From Rebecca billardiae RCC1528 (taxonomy: Eukaryota; Protista; Haptophyta), in contig OZ251234.1 in assembly GCA_965240325.2 (NCBI GenBank), positions 1,798,001 to 1,862,000 on the forward strand: 64,000 bases of DNA, written 5' to 3'. The notes beneath the pieces were generated by a model. That model had not been told where the DNA came from, made no database searches, and saw only the letters and a program-made list of their open reading frames with translations. The position numbers were made by a program, and so were the translations under genes. How positions within the stretch are numbered: position 1 is the first letter of the stretch; the number at the start of each line of letters is the position of its first letter. This document shows positions 63,201 to 64,000 of this stretch, in pieces.

Positions 63201-64000
63201 CACCGTGCCGTCACGGTTGAGGAAGAGCACGTACACGAACCCTTTCTGGCTGTCAGGCGCGCCGACGGTCACATCGGGCACGCCGTCGCCGTTCAGGTCC
63301 CCGAGCGGCGCGAACGCGGCGCCAAACTCATCGCTATTGCCCAGGTTCTCGCTGAAGCCGCCCACGCCCTCGGCGATCTTGGTGTGCGATTTGACGTCAC
63401 CGCCGGAGTTGGTGAAGAGCACCCACGCGGCGCCACCGCCGTCCCCCGGCGCGCCGACGATGAGGTCGCTGATGCCGTCGTTGTCGACGTCGCCCAGGTC
63501 CGCGATGCCGCGCCCGAACAAATCGCCAGACGACAGGGTGCCCGTGAAGCCGCCCTGGCTGGAGCCGATGGTGACGTACGAGCTGACGGTGCCGCTCGTC
63601 GTCAGGTAGCACACGTACATGATACCATTCCCGCCCCCGCCGGAGGGCGCGCCAATTGCCACGTCAGGCACCAGGTCGCTGTTCCTGTCGCCTATCCGGG
63701 CGACGCTCAGCCCAAACTGGGCACCCGATTCGAAGGTGGGCAGGCCACTCTGCCCGGATCCGAGGCGCAGGTCGCTCCGAACAGTGCTGTTCGCGCGAAG
63801 GAAGAGTACGAGCAGCCCGCCGTCGCCGGATGCCGCGCCGGGCAGACCGGCGATCGCGTCGGGAGCGCCATCCCCGTCGATGTCGCCGACGAAGTCCAGG
63901 CCCTGCTCGCCCATCAGGTCCCAGGCGGCGCTAGCCGTGGGGCTGAGGCCCCCAGAGAGCGCCGAGATCTTATGCTCGCGGGTGAGGCTCACGAATGCGC
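48876..64000 (-). CDS. Giant polycystin-1/REJ-like receptor: FG-GAP repeats, polyproline stalk, IPT/TIG, REJ, GPS, about 6 TM, IQ motif, EF-hand pair (5' partial, >5038 aa)
   Basis: FG-GAP motifs FG..GDxDxDGxxDxxVGAP at 62800-63990. IPT motif PPGGPVRGGTAVTVLGSGF. REJ motifs LDASSS, IAGGDR, NRPPYGG, WTDDAEDLPLSYAF, VRDALGA. GPS CVFWD..WDGAGC..CACDHLTDFA. PKD1-like TM segments HSLLGIVF..TCMLF and AYAFAFG..EEP. EF loops DEDGNGFVDEAE and DADGDGAISFTE. Frame is open at the window edge. Confidence 0.87.
56700..62800 (-). repeat. Coding tandem array encoding about 2000 aa of SPPP/VPPP/APPP polyproline
   Basis: Highly homogeneous repeats (e.g. [33 protein letters not shown]) that stay in frame for about 6 kb. 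Confidence 0.95.

Noticed and set aside
1-64000. A single co-functional cluster linking the RNF213-like gene, Sel1-MYND array, subtilase and polycystin-like receptor
   Set aside because: Eukaryotic neighbours separated by housekeeping genes and repeats. Proximity alone is not evidence without synteny or co-expression data.

Overview
GC-rich eukaryotic genomic DNA. GT-AG introns, very high coding GC and [10 protein letters not shown]-stalked surface proteins suggest a haptophyte-like alga; this is inference, not identification. From left to right the window holds: a 5'-truncated giant RNF213/mysterin-like AAA+ ATPase with an inserted vWA domain and an RBR-type Rcat-like finger; a TA-flanked CpG-depleted MITE; two near-identical 1669-bp elements with Helitron2/Helentron-like ends, which bracket a divergent enoyl-CoA hydratase and frameshifted sulfotransferase pair; a cyclic-nucleotide-binding channel with an atypical filter (TTFGFPD); about 6 kb of mixed satellites; a spliced hypothetical gene; three tandem Sel1-repeat + MYND genes with 13/10/12 repeats that vary at fixed positions, separated by duplicated 5' stubs of the next gene; a 4-exon membrane-anchored subtilase; and a 5'-truncated >5000-aa FG-GAP / polyproline / IPT / REJ / GPS / polycystin-1-like receptor carrying IQ and EF-hand motifs. 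The strongest novelty candidates are the variable Sel1-MYND array, the RNF213-like domain architecture and the giant polycystin-like receptor. All domain calls come from motif recognition by eye; no database searches were run.
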